From Haliotis rufescens (lineage: Eukaryota), in contig NW_025964001.1 of NCBI RefSeq assembly GCF_023055435.1, positions 26,908,001 to 26,972,000 of the forward strand: 64,000 nt of DNA, given 5' to 3'. The notes beneath the pieces were generated by a model. The model saw only the letters and a program-made list of their open reading frames with translations. It was not told the origin of the DNA and did not search any database. The stretch's first letter is position 1. Every line of letters begins with the position of its first letter. Made by a program: the position numbers and the translations under genes. Below are positions 11,746 through 24,575 of this stretch, one piece after another.

Positions 11746-12144
11746 ATGTATGAGTTACACAAGAGGATGAAGCTGTCAACCGAGGAGCTGAAGCTGGGTC
11801 TGTTTATCATACAACACCGTGACGACGATGTTGGTGATTCTGTGTCGAGATACTGCCAGGACCTGATCATAGACACTGTTGGCCGGGAGCCCAAGGTGAA
11901 GGACAGGATTATACAACTCCTGGTGTATAAAGGTGAGGGGACACAAGCAGACGAGTTTGTGAGCTGGTCCCCACCTAAGTTCCCGGTGACAGGTCATGAC
12001 CTTTTCGCTCACAACGTTCCCAAGGGACCAGTGTTTGCCAAAACCCTCAATGAGCTCCGACAAATCTGGAAGAAAAGCAACTGTCTGATGTCGAAGGAGG
12101 AACTCATTGATAAAATAGATGAAGTAGTGAAACAGAAGTCTTGA
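11746..12144 (+). CDS. TRNT1: TRNT1 last coding exon
   Basis: tttcag|MYELHKRMKLSTEELKLGLFII...WSPPKFPVTGHDL...GPVFAKTLNELRQIWKKS*. Spliced CDS totals 1347 nt (448 aa). Confidence 0.92.
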   Translation: MYELHKRMKLSTEELKLGLFIIQHRDDDVGDSVSRYCQDLIIDTVGREPKVKDRIIQLLVYKGEGTQADEFVSWSPPKFPVTGHDLFAHNVPKGPVFAKTLNELRQIWKKSNCLMSKEELIDKIDEVVKQKS

Positions 12145-13067
12145 TGAAGTCTTGGTTGGGAGATGTGGGAGGTTGTCTTCTCCAATCAGAAGATCCGTAG
12201 TTCGGATCCCAGAAAGGCATGGACCATTGTAAAACAAGTGTGACTCTGTGGTGAAATCTGATTGGTTGTAAACGTTATGGAATGGGAAAGCTTGACTTCT
12301 CACTGAAGATGAATACATTTCCTGTCTTGTATGATGTCATTCATGGCATGTCATGACATCATGTGGTTCGAGTCTCAGGTCCCTCAGCCTACATTTGCTG
12401 TGATAATAATCCTTCATTTGTCAGCACTAAACCCATGTCTGTGGGTTCCACCTAAATAATGAACTTTGTGATGTTACCATTTACCTTTTCAAATAGTTAA
12501 ACCCAATTCATTTACTATGGGAAATAAACTCATCACACTGGATTTTCTAGTTTGTTTACCAGGGAGAACTGGTATTCAATCTCTGTATTTCAAATGGAAA
12601 CATAATCTACATGAAGTTTCTTTAAAGCTTGCTTCACTTGTCTTCAAGTGAAAAATAGGAATGGGTGCCATCCCTCCTTCCTCAAAAGCCATGAGAGATA
12701 TTTTTACCAAACTTGGCACATAGATCGGTCTAGTGGTGAACTGGTGCTTTTTAATAGTTTTGGATGTTTGAAAAGATTATTTTTTAAGTTTTAATGGCAA
12801 CGGCTCTGAGATAGACTGAAAATGGCGGTTGTGCTAGTTTCCGGAGCAGATCTTGAATACTGTACAATATATCTTGTCTGGCACACAACCGGACATGTCA
12901 TCTTGGAGTGGGGTATGAGTGTTTCATGCTTGTTGTATTTAATAAAATTGGTTCATGTTTGTATTATTACGGCTGTGATACAGATGCATACTTTGTATAC
13001 CTCAGAGAGACCCTTGGTATCAGAATTAGTCCCCAGGTAAAAGAATTCTCATACTAACCTACAATCA

Positions 13068-13370
13068 TGAGGGGGTGTCAATAAGCTTTGATCCTCGTAT
13101 ACATAGAACTAAAATATTGTCATAATCTTTAATAAATTTGTTCCATCTCCTCTCGAGTTCAGTGGTCCTTGTTTTGTTGGTCAAATCACCTTCTGTCAAC
13201 CAGCCCTCCACTGCAGTAACCAATTATTGGTCCTCGTTCAATCTCTGGCCTTGAAAGTATCTTTCAAATTTGCAAAGTCACTTGTGAGTGGGAGTCACTT
13301 GGGGTCAGATCTGGTGAATAAGGTGGATGGGTTTAAAGTTCATATCCACATTCTAGGCCTTGTACTTGGT
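13068..13370 (-). pseudogene. Mariner transposase C-terminal relic with right TIR
   Basis: The minus strand reads ECGYEL*THPPYSPDLTPSD (mariner YSPDLAPxD motif), then VTAVEGWL..LERRWNKFI. A TIR-like GAGGGGGTGTCAATAAG lies at 13069. Confidence 0.8.
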
Positions 13371-13985
13371 TGGTAGTGACTAGGACCTGGGTGCCCACTG
13401 GACTACCCAGTACTGTGGTTAGTCAAGTGATATTTCATTTAATGACCATAATTAACTATACGTCCATGGTTACACTACAAGCTGCTAATGTTTTCATTTC
13501 TTTCTGACTATGTATGCATTCCTTCTGACTTTTATATGTGTGAGCAGGGATAAAGTGTCAGTCAACTTCAGTTCATGCATGACCAGATCAATTTATAAAT
13601 GCATCTAAATAGACTTTGCCAGGGCTCTGGTAAAACAATTCATTGCTGTGCTGCTGTTTCTCCAGACCTCTCCCCAACAGAATATGTCTGGGATGAGATG
13701 GTAGGACACCCACGACAGGACCAGAACCAGCCGGTAATGCTAGCTCAGTTGGACCAATCTCTGGTTGACATTTAGAACATCCCCTAGGCTGTTTTCAAAC
13801 CCGATATTGACATTGTCAGTTGAGTTGTTACTCCCCTCTTTTAGGTTGTGTCTCTTAGTCTCCTGTGACCAGTTATGGGTTTTGGCAATGAATATGTTAT
13901 GATAAAACATTGATGAGACGAATGACCAAATATTATGTTGTTATTTTCAATAACATAACATTTACACCACTTTATATGAAGCCAT

Positions 13986-14301
13986 CCACGTCCGTGGTCT
14001 AGTGGTAGAGTGTCTGACCAGAAGGTCTGGGGTTCCGGCTGCATCATACCTGAAGACTTTGAAAGATGGTACTTGTGTTACCCTGCCTGGCGCTAGGCAT
14101 TAAGGGGCTGAAACAAGGACTGGTCGGCTCTGAGTCAGTATACTGTGTCTGAGTGGGGTATTCATGTTAAACTGCAGCATGGTATCTCAGTGAGCTAGCA
14201 CTATAAATCGGCATCAGTCCGGACAAGTACAAGCAGCCACACACACACATCATGGAATAATTTTGAAAGCAACCTAAATTCCCATTTAACCTCACCACAC
14301 C
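13986..14301 (+). mobile_element. SINE family D (tRNA head, Meta/MESC-like central domain)
   Basis: TGGTCTAGTGG A box and CATACC.GAAGAC..AAAGATGGTAC..CCCTGCCTGGCGCT.GGCATTAAGGG domain. Matches 52557-52902. Confidence 0.82.
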
Positions 14302-14829
14302 GCTAGGTATTTCGTGTTAGAAGTCTCCCAGGTGGTAACAAGCTGACTAGAAAGTGTATCAGGTGGGTATGTGGTCTCCAGACGTACTATCCACAGGTCA
14401 GTGTGACATAACAGGAACGTTGCGGAGACTGAGATGTGAAACATTTACTCTCTATATCAGTTTCTTACGTAATCTTGGTCCCCATTATTCTTTGTTGCAT
14501 TCAGGGAATAGTTCCTTATTTGTAATATGAATGACAGTTGCTGCCCATGTCAGTGATGTTGAGGATATAAGAACCTCTGCCAGAGCTCTGGTTATGACCA
14601 TGTCACATGGTGTGCTGGAATCATCCCACAGATCACATCCTTACCTTGTCAGCTTGTTGGCGGAGTTAACCTCCATTCATGAGGGGTCCAACCTCGATTT
14701 GTTAAGTCCAGGGTTCGAATATCATTTCAGAATTCAGAAATGCTGCGAGTTGCTTTCCTGCATTGAACAGTATTTCAGATGTTTTACGTCATGTCAGCTT
14801 CATGTGGGAGGAATCTTAAAGTGATGCAG

Positions 14830-15077
14830 GGGGCCCGGGTGGCCCAGTCGTCTAAGGTGCTGCAATTCCTTTGAATTGTGGGTTTGAATCCTGATTCGCC
14901 CCGATTATGTTTCCAGGTTTGTCAGCACCATACCCTTGCTCATGGGTTTCACCGAAATGGTAAACGTCTGAGACCACCATCACTTCGGGCTTTCCTCCCA
15001 CATTAAGCTGACACGCCGTGATTTAACTGGAATACTGTTAAAAGTGGCGAAAACCCAACTCACTCACTCACTCACTC
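14830..15077 (+). mobile_element. SINE family C, inserted into an older inverted family C remnant
   Basis: TSD AAAGTGATGCAG (14818-14829, 15078-15089), A/B boxes and (ACTC)n tail. Confidence 0.85.
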
Positions 15078-15974
15078 AAAGTGATGCAGATCTCTGACCA
15101 TGAGCAGTAAGTATGGTGCAGACATGTGTTGTTTTGCTGCCATGTGATGAGAGCCAGGCAAGAAATGAACATCCAGAGTCCTCCATGTCTCCTCCAGGGA
15201 CAACCAACGAACCATACATTTTATATATTTATTCATGATTTGATAATTATGATATGCTTCCCCTTGGCATAAAATAACTGACATATACACAAGTCGGTTA
15301 TGTTGATCTTGTGGCAGAGCAGGGACAACTCTACAAAATCTAGTAAAAATATAATAAACTTTGATAAATAGACACTCCCCAAATCCATCAGTTGGGGAAT
15401 TCCTTGAAATGAAACATATATGTACAGTTAAAGGGAACTTACTGGGATATGTTTGCTATTATATAACAATGTATAAACAACATATTGACCCTATGAGTCT
15501 CAGCATATTGCTTCTCCAGGTATATAGTGAGTAGGTGAGGGTGTCAGCATGTCAAGGGTTAAGGAGGGAGGATGTACAGAGGACATAAAGATAGCTATGT
15601 ACACAGGGACAAGAGGTACAGAGGGCGCTGTCCTTGCACCAGCACACACTAACAATTTCCGGTTTTTATGCTTGACATATGTGACTCAAAAGATTCTTTC
15701 ATAACATACTATAGTTAATCTTTCATGCCTGACAGATTTACTATAGTAATCTGAAAGAATTGGGTGTTCTTAACTTTTATTTGAGTGGTATATATCAAAG
15801 GCATATATTATTAGAAGGAAATCTGATTGGCCAATATATAACCAAAGAGTCAAAATAGCAGCACAATATGGCTATTTATATCTCCATTGGTTGGTAGTGA
15901 TGATATTGCTAGGTAGCTTGGCTTGAGTGAGTGAGTGAGATTATTCCAGCCATATCGCAGCAGGGGGACTCGGC

Positions 15975-16195
15975 TTTGAACAGTATTTCACTGCATGTCA
16001 GCTTAACGTGGGAAAGAGTCCTCAGTGATGCAGGTTTTAGATGTTTACCGTCTATGTGAAACCCACAAGCACAGGTTTGGTGGTGACAAGCCTAGAAACA
16101 TAATCGGTTGAATAAAACCAAAGATGGTAGGTTTCTGCAAGCCTAAGGGTCGAAACTCAACACAGCGAATCACAGCACCTTTAACATCTTGGCCA
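15975..16195 (-). mobile_element. SINE family C, diverged copy
   Basis: Colinear with 34292-34567. Confidence 0.7.
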
Positions 16196-16518
16196 TTTGA
16201 GAATTTGACAATCCTAATGAATTGTATACTATAGTCTACTGGTGCAGGGACAGATTAACATCAATACTGGCACTGGGGCAAGACAACATGCAAGTCAAAG
16301 ACATATAGAGGAACATGAGAGGTAACTATGGCAACATGTCATCCATCCCACACCATGGGCAGGCACCAGAACACAAGCAGTAATGCTTCGTTCAGGTAAT
16401 AGGGCAATCATATTTGGACGTTTATTTTAATAATGTTTATTTGAAGAGAAGCCACTGATGGGCAAGGGAGGATGAATATGGCAATGGAGGATGCTTGCTT
16501 GTTGGCCAACGAGGTACA

Positions 16519-16770
16519 AGTTTGTTTATTTGTAGTTTAACACAGCACTCAGCAATATTCCAGCTGTATGAGTGAGTGAGTATGGTTTTATGACGCTTTT
16601 AGCAATATTCCAGCTATGAGTGTGAGTGAGTATGGTTTTAGCCGCTTTTGGCAATATTCCAGCAATATCACGCATGGGGACCAAGGGCTTCACACATTGC
16701 ACCCATGTTGGGATTGAACCCGGGTTTTCGGCATGACGAGCGAACGCTTTAACCACTAGGCTTTAACCAC
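16519..16770 (-). mobile_element. SINE family A with two additional stacked SINE tails
   Basis: A full A copy at about 16617-16770 is preceded by an A-type tail and a B-type tail, each containing GCAATATTCCAGC. Confidence 0.8.
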
Positions 16771-16895
16771 TAAGACTGGAAAATGAAAGAAAAAGTTGTA
16801 GCAATATAATAAAATAAAAATATCCCAGGTATCGTTCTACTAATGTAAGAAAGTAGGTAGAAGGGTCACATTAGACATGTTTTTATTTCATCTAA

Positions 16896-17280
16896 GGCCT
16901 TATATTTTTTTTAGTTGGTTTACAAGTCCAACTGACAAAAAAAACAACCTGAAATTAGAAGATGAAAAAAGACTTGACAATCTTATTTTCGGCTGACTGT
17001 TTTACAGCTAGGTGAAATGAAAAAAAATACATGCCAGATTTTATCACCGCTGATCGTGAGAAAAAGTTACTATCATGTCTAAAAATAGTTATTCTAACAA
17101 AACACCCATCTATTGTCTTTCGGTATCGTTTTGCAATCTTACTACCGTGTACGAGTTCGTTTTCATTCATAAGCAGCAGTACAATGAAAGTTGCAATTAA
17201 TTATGAATTTTAAAATTTGATCATCTACATTGAATTTTAGCCACCAAATTTTGTAAACCAACAAATAAAACATAAAAGCC
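16896..17280. mobile_element. Degenerate MITE with ~30-bp TIRs (GGC termini; possibly PIF/ISL2EU-like)
   Basis: GGCCTTATATTTTTTTTAGTTGGTTTACAA versus the reverse complement of TTGTAAACCAACAAATAAAACATAAAAGCC. Confidence 0.5.
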
Positions 17281-18058
17281 AAACACATGCTACATAGGCC
17301 TTATGTTGCTGTTGAAGACACATCTCTTGATTTACTGTACATTGTCATTGAGGTAGTGATTAATTACTCTTAGGGTCCTTATAAGCTGGCAATGTACACA
17401 GGCAAGGCAATCTACAGGGAGCTGAGACCACACTGAAGGAAACAGCTGTCAAGCAACCAATACATGGGACATCCACACTCATTTCAATCCTTATAAATGT
17501 ACAGGACATTTTTGTATCCATGAAAACATTCATAAGGACACAAGACAGCATAAATTTGATTGTTGAAATCAAGGTACCAGAGTCAACGGTGATCCTCAAT
17601 GTGTATCAACTGCAGAAAGTTCATAACTTGATAATTAAAAACAAATATCAATTAATCTCATTTTTTCAGAGTATAAGGATATTTTCTATATACACATATG
17701 TATTTTAGTCACAAGCACTGAAAAATGTAAATGGATAAAAAGTTAATTCTTTGAATTAATGGCAGTTTCATTTCTGATGTGTTACTCTGTTTGATATATT
17801 TATTAACACATGCAGTATCGTACAGTATCGTACAAAATTGACAGTTACTCTGCCCAATTTTCTCCCCTCATTTTCAGATACTTCTCTGCAACAATTCAGT
17901 TGCTATCTTGACACAGCAGGCATGGACTGAGAAGACTGTTACATTGCTTGTACACTTACAACCACAGAACACACACTGTCAACCTCGGTCTCAGCCCTAC
18001 GACACTTAAAGTCTCACCAGCACTATAAAATGTTGGTTTAGAAGAATCTTTACAACTA

Positions 18059-18197
18059 CAGTCGAACCTTGTTTGTCAAACTTGGATGTGTCGAATTCCC
18101 TGTTGTCTCAAACTCATTTGCGAGACCCAAGTGTCCAAATTAAACATAATATTCCCCTGATGTCTCCTCACGAGTTCAACATTACAAGATTCGACTG
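18059..18197. mobile_element. Short Tigger-like MITE
   Basis: TA|CAGTCGAACCTTGT ... ACAAGATTCGACTG. Confidence 0.6.
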
Positions 18198-18315
18198 TCT
18201 CGGAAATAATTCAACTTAACACTGAAATAATATAACTCAATATTGAAAATACTCAATTTAACAAGAGACCATATACTGGTATATGTTTTCTGATTTTCAA
18301 TATCAGACCTATAGA

Positions 18316-18428
18316 GAATCTCACCTGAGTGTCTTTTGATATAAAACATATCCACACAAGTGTGAGTCATAAATGTTTGTCAACAAGTGTGGATATATCT
18401 AATATCAAAAGACACTCGGGTGAGATTC
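18316..18428. repeat. Fold-back inverted repeat, ~40-bp arms
   Basis: GAATCTCACCTGAGTGTCTTTTGATAT..TATCCACA and TGTGGATA..ATATCAAAAGACACTCGGGTGAGATTC. Confidence 0.8.
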
Positions 18429-18591
18429 AATATATCATCCAAAATCATTCCTCCAACATCTCCATCTTGTAAACAATACAGCTGACCAACTTCAGTGGCA
18501 GAGAGATTAGTGATGCCATTTGATTGTGACATCATAACAAAGGAGTCACAATGGCCTGCAAAAACTGAGATAGTAACTGAGAGAGTAACTG

Positions 18592-18985
18592 AGCAGTATC
18601 TCCTTGAAGATAATACTGGATCTCACCCAAGCAATATCTCCTGGAAGATAATACTGGATCTCACCCAAGCAGTATCTCCTTGAAGATAATACTGGAGGTC
18701 ACCCAAGCAGTATCTCCTTGAAGATAATACTGGTGGTCATCCAAACATTATCTCCTGGAAGATAATACTGGAGGTCACCCAAACAATATCTCCTGGAAGA
18801 TAATACTGGATCTCACCCAAGCAGTATCTCCTTGAAGATAATACTGGATCTCACCCAAGCAGTATCTCCTTGAAGATAATACTGGTGGTCATCCAAACAT
18901 TATCTCCTGGAAGATAATACTGGAGGTCACCCAAGCAATATCTCCTGGAAGATAATACTGGATTTCACCCAAGCAATATCTCCTG
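18592..18985. repeat. 38-bp minisatellite, ~10 copies
   Basis: Unit GAAGATAATACTGGATCTCACCCAAGCARTATCTCCTK. Confidence 0.95.
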
Positions 18986-19989
18986 CGGAAGCAAGTTTTG
19001 GATGATACATCAGCATGAATATGAAAGAACAGTCTAGCACACATATTCCAATGGCAGGTCTGTACTGTATACAGTGAAACAGTGCACTTTGTTTATATAA
19101 AGATGTTGCTGAGAGTAAACTAAATCAGGACTTGATCAGGATCAATGGGATTTGTATTACGATAGTTTCACTGTGTGTTAAATGCCAGCATTTGCAAATG
19201 TTCACATTTAGAACTTTGCTGAATCTGTCTCAAATTGAAATATTTCCATTGAGAAGAATTATCTACTTTCACAGGAGAAGCAAAACAAAAGTAGTTATGC
19301 AAGTAAATTTTGTTCACACTCTTTTCCTGTTGACCTACTGTCTAAATTCACAGTATTCGTAGGGAAGGTTATTGGAGCAGGGTGCTTAATATGGTGAATA
19401 CGGTATTTCTCCACAGCGCAAGACATACATAATCTCAGCTTCTGGGATATGAGAAAATATATGTTACTCTATGTTTGTGATGAATGTATACCTGTGTGCA
19501 CTTGGTATGATGTTATGAATCCTGTGTGCTGTACAATACACAAACAACAACATCTAGTCATGCACTGGTGGAAGACACAGGCTGTACCCTGAACCCTGCA
19601 GGGCTGTATTCAAGACCCAGTCCATTCCCAGGTATGGAATATTTGATTAACCCATACAATAAAGGTGACTGATGACGAAAACAATACAATTAAAAAAAGG
19701 GTTGCTAGGCATTATTTAAACACATGTCAAATTTATCGATTACCCAGGAATTTTGATACTACTCAACTTTTCGCAGATATTTTCCTATTATTCTATGACA
19801 ATGGTACTACTTGTCATCAGTGGATAATTTAGGAAGGGATTGCATGGGTCAATTGTGGTGTCGGCTTATACACAAGGTCAGCCAATTCCACTGATAAACA
19901 TACCAATTGTGACAAGCACGGAATAAATACCACAGTATCCCCATCAAAATTGAGTAGTAATTAAAAAGAAACTCTATGCCTAACAACTA

Positions 19990-20152
19990 GTCAGTCAGTG
20001 AGTATGGTTTTATGCTGCTTTTAGCAATATTCCAGCAATATCATGGTGGGGCACACCAGAAATGGGCTTCACACATTGTACCCATGTCGGGAATCGAACC
20101 CAGGTCTTCGGCGTGACAAGCGAACGCTTTAACCACTAGGCTACCCGACCTA
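19990..20152 (-). mobile_element. SINE family A
   Basis: Near-identical to 31255-31419. Confidence 0.88.
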
Positions 20153-20250
20153 CTACTTTGCCCATGCCCCTCCTGACAAGCAACTGGTCAGGGCCAAGAT
20201 GAACATGTGTGTCATTAGTATATGGGCAACAGTGTGTCCCAGCAGGGTCT

Positions 20251-20346
20251 TGTGGGTGTCTCGGGGTGTTCCAGGGGTAGGGTGTGGGTGTCTCGGGGTG
20301 TTCCAGGGGTAGGGTGTGGGTGTCTCGGGGTGTTTCAGGGGTGTCC
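20251..20346. repeat. G-rich 32-bp minisatellite, ~3 copies
   Basis: Unit TGTGGGTGTCTCGGGGTGTTCCAGGGGTAGGG. Confidence 0.9.
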
Positions 20347-20755
20347 AGAGTGCAGCTCTGAGGGTCAGTTACAGCCCGTATTGATGCCCAACACACACAA
20401 GGTCAGGTGCGTGAATGATGGACACCTTCATGATAATATTCCTACTGACAGCAGACATATATCATGGCCTATTTGCATGGTATGGAAGACAGTGTTATTG
20501 ATGGACAATGGCATTATTGCATAATGTATATTGTATGCATGCTGTATGTTTACATGTGCTTCATGGATTGGGATGAGGGGGTGATAACGCATAAATATTA
20601 TCTGCACAGGTCAGCTTGCGACCTCACACACCAAGTTCAGTGACCTTAGCACCTTGAATAATTAATGTCTGACCTTATGAAGAACATGAACCTATTGACT
20701 ATAGCTATCTTTTCATCCTCGATTATCCAGGGTACTATATTCATTCTATCATTAT

Positions 20756-20950
20756 AAAAACCCTGGACCCATTTGCCACCATAGCTTCTTTGAGCGGGAT
20801 ACGAATTTCACAACTGTAAATACAGCTGTCCAATCAAATTACTCTTATGAGCAAAAGGAATTCTGTACTAAGTTTGTGAAATGAGGAATGGAGGCGGTGA
20901 TGTCACTTTTGAAACAACGTCTTGGAGGCGAATGGGTCCGGGGAGTTTTT
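20756..20950. mobile_element. Small MITE with ~25-bp imperfect TIRs
   Basis: CCCTGGACCCATTTGCCACCA versus the reverse complement of TGGAGGCGAATGGGTCCGGGG. Confidence 0.55.
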
Positions 20951-22625
20951 GTTTATAGACTGGAGATATGATGCTCTGGATACAGAGGATGCCATCTCTT
21001 GGGGCCATGTGTTCTGAAGTTTGAATATGCACTAACACTAAAACCTACACTCATTGGCCATAGACAAGTTCACATGATGTACCTCTCCATAAGGCTCTAA
21101 GTTAACTCAGTGTAACAAACAGACTTTTCAATATTCCATTTCAAAGCCTCATTTCCCTAACTTTTCATAATTGTGTCTGCTATTATACCTTTTCTTTGTT
21201 TAGAATCATCCAGCATGACAGACATGTAACGTTACCCTTAATTTCTTCCACACGACACCATGCAAAAAATGTTACCATGTCATGAATTTTGGTGTCATTG
21301 CGACATTGATAACAGGGAACCATCAAAATTATGAACATTAATTCATAAATTTGGAAGAAGTAACATAATGAAATTTAGTCTTGCTGCACTGACCTTGAAC
21401 CCTACCTAGAGTTACATTTTGCTGACTTACCTATGATCAATGACCGTACATCCTTGAACACTATTGACCACAGTAGCTATTTCAAAAATTAGATCGATTA
21501 AAAATATTTCAACCATAATCATCTGCAAAAACAAATAAAACCATTTCTTTCAAGTAAAATATTCATACTTGTAAATTCCGATGTAGACGGATTCATGTGT
21601 CTGTCATGTCAATCTCTTTGTGAGACATGCAGGCCACGTCACAACAGCAACCATGGTGAAAAACATGGCCACAGCCACTGAATGATAAACCTCTTTAACC
21701 ATCTCATAACAGAATTAAAACTTTGGTAACCATGGTAACAGATCTGTATAAGGCACAACCTCGTACTTGTATCATCTTGATTGTGGAGAAAGCTACGGGA
21801 AGAGAAGTGAAACATGAATATTATATGGGTTGAACTTGTGCAATGCAACCAGGAGGATTACTCCCAAAATGAAGTTATATGTCACAGACAAGATACATGG
21901 TGTAACCATGGTAACAAGATGCCTTTTGAGCATGGTTTATACACAAGGGACAGTGCACATGTTCCGAGTAGCATGTTATGAAGATTTATTCCCATCAGAC
22001 CTCACATTGTCTGGTGTCTTGATTATTGCTTGTCACAATTAAAAACATCAGTCCTAGAAACATCCCATTCATCGTCATCTGTTCCATCAGGCTTCCTTGT
22101 TTAAATACAGAACACTTCCTCTGTTGTGTCGAATCACCCAGTTCAGTTCCTTATACACTGGAAGGTATTAGAAAGCTGCGTTCACATTGTCTTCTGTTCA
22201 ATATACACTTGAAGTTATTTGATAGTAGCGTTATGAACCAGTCACATTGTTCCTGTGTTGAGTGATTCACAACTGTGGATGCGCTTCTGCCTGTTTGGCC
22301 CTCAATAAGGCTAATGCTGATCTTGTCACATGAACTCAGAACTATCACACTAGACATCATCCATGGTTCAAATGTACATATTGATTGTGAGCTGGCCTCT
22401 CACAGCTTGATCACATACCATACCAGCCACCTTTCACTCTGGCGTAGTTATATGCTTCATAACGTGGTCCTATGACCATCACAGGAGTATCCCATTGTTT
22501 CTGTATCTGCTTCATCACTCCTATGTCCGAGCACACATTAGTCTGGTAGCACATGAAGCAGACAGGTCACAGTAATCCATGAATGAAGTATTGCCGAAGC
22601 AAGTGCCAACCAGCCTCCGGTCATC

Positions 22626-22811
22626 TCACATGAATGTGTCTACCCAAGGTTTCGGGATCCACTGTGGTTCGATCTCGAGGCGGTTGATCTCTTGAAGGAG
22701 CTCATCGTATGCCCTGTTGAGGTCCTGGTTGACCAAGATGTAGTCAAAGTAATGGCCATATATGTCCTCCATCTCACGAGCCTTCTCTATGATGTCCTTG
22801 AGTTCGTCATC
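22626..22811 (-). CDS. MPP5: MAGUK p55 subfamily member 5 (PALS1/stardust), last exon, GUK C-terminus
   Basis: DDELKDIIEKAREMEDIYGHYFDYILVNQDLNRAYDELLQEINRLEIEPQWIPKPWVDTFM*. Confidence 0.93.
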   Translation of the reverse strand, partial: DDELKDIIEKAREMEDIYGHYFDYILVNQDLNRAYDELLQEINRLEIEPQWIPKPWVDTFM

Positions 22812-23228
22812 CTGGTAAACAAATATACATGCTTAAGGCTAGACATTGAGGTGTGTGCGGTTGGGGTGGCTGTTAGGGATTTTCAGTCCAAAATTTCAGG
22901 TTGGTGAGTTGAAACAAATAAAAAATTAAAAAATTACAATTTCATATACATCTTGGGATTGCCTCAAAATGTGAAATGGTAGGGAGAAAAAAAGTGGGGA
23001 TTCAAACCCATGATCATAGTTTCCTGTCATGGCTAAGGGACACAACTCTGTACAACATATTCCAGTGTCTTAGCTGCCTCGGCCCCCTGTACCCCTATTT
23101 TAATGGAATAATTGAAAATTACTTTTGTATTACAAAAGGATTTGTCAGATTAGGTGGGACTACTTCCTTGAACATGTTATCTCAGTTGCTAGAATGTTGA
23201 CTACGCTGTTGTTGAGACGTATACATAC

Positions 23229-23342
23229 CGGTGTTGCTGGTTTGCCCAGCTTAACGTGCACAGCACGAAGCTTCTCCAGGTTCGGGGGACACACGAATAT
23301 CACATAAGGCTTCAGGTCTGATGTGTACAGCGGTTTCACAGC
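23229..23342 (-). CDS. MPP5: MPP5 exon (GUK)
   Basis: AVKPLYTSDLKPYVIFVCPPNLEKLRAVHVKLGKPATP, phase 0/0. Confidence 0.93.
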
Positions 23343-23512
23343 CTGGCAAACAAAAAGGAAAACCATTTGTATAGATGTTAGTATACTTGGTAACTTTTAA
23401 CTTTAGCTTGACAGCATTCTGTCAAGAGTTATCTCCCTTCCTACAGTGTCCATCATGTTTACAAACCATAATTACTTTCAAAATCAATTTACAGTTCAAC
23501 AGCTATATTTCA

Positions 23513-23850
23513 TCCCTATTAGAGTGTCCAGGAGAGCGTAAGATCCGGGGTTCAATTCTGGCTGCGTCATACCAATAGATGTCAAAAGATGGTACTTGTT
23601 GTTACCCTGTCTGGTGCTGGGCATTAAGGGGCTAAAACAAGGACTGGTCGGCTCGGAGTCAGTATACTGTGTCTAAGAGGGGTATTTATGTTAAACTGAG
23701 GCATAATATCTCAGTGGGCTAGCGCTATAAAATCGGCATTAGTCCGGACTAGTACACGCAGCCACACACACGTTGCTACATAAGTGCGTTGCCATATATG
23801 TGCAATAAACTTGAACACGACATTAAACTCCATTTTCCCTCACCTCACCT
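23513..23850 (+). mobile_element. SINE family D
   Basis: Colinear with 52557-52902, (CACCT)n tail. Confidence 0.82.
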
Positions 23851-23900
23851 ATAAGAGTCTATCAGCTTGAAGTTGAGCATCACATGGAGCATATACTTAC

Positions 23901-24103
23901 GTCGGCATGGAGATTGAGCACGCAGATCTTCCCCTGGTGGATCACCTGTCTCACAGCCTCCAGACTTGTGCCATACAGATTCTTTTCAAACTCGCCATAC
24001 TCGATAAACTTCTGAGCCAAGATGTCCGCCTCAAACATGGTGCGTGAGATGAAGTGGTAGTCCTTGCCCTCTATTTCCTCAGGTTTGCGGACTCGACTCG
24101 TGT
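23901..24103 (-). CDS. MPP5: MPP5 exon (GUK)
   Basis: HTSRVRKPEEIEGKDYHFISR...EYGEFEKNLYGTS...GKICVLNLHAD|gtaagt. Confidence 0.95.
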
Positions 24104-24413
24104 CTGTCAAGATATGTAGGAACTCCACTGGTTATTGCGGCACTTAATATCAAAACCATCTTACATCTGAACATCTGACGAATTTCAGTTACAACACAAA
24201 ATATTAATGTATATTTATGAAATTATGTATGTACAGTTAACACTTAAATTGTTATATAATTTAGACATACATATACACTAAGACAAAGAAAGACAAACAT
24301 GCTAAGTAAAAAGTTTAGAAAACGATAAATTCTGATCCTTCTGCTGATAAAATTTAAAATCACAGGCTTCAGATAAATGACTGTGTGAGAAACTACAGAG
24401 TAAATCCACATAC

Positions 24414-24575
24414 GGGGAACAGCAGCAGCGAATCTGTCAAAGTCAGACTCCATGAGACGCTGTCTGAGCTCCGCCCTCCCAACATTAGAAGGGCCAATTA
24501 AGGCAATTGGTCTTTTTCTGTTCGGCTGAGGTAAATATTTAACCATTTCTTCATATGAGAGGATTTCTTCAGTTT
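24414..24575 (-). CDS. MPP5: MPP5 exon (HOOK end / GUK start)
   Basis: [44 protein letters not shown]. Confidence 0.95.

Noticed and set aside
18592-18985. CRISPR-sized 38-bp repeats
   Set aside because: Head-to-tail tandem repeats without spacers in eukaryotic DNA, with no cas genes.
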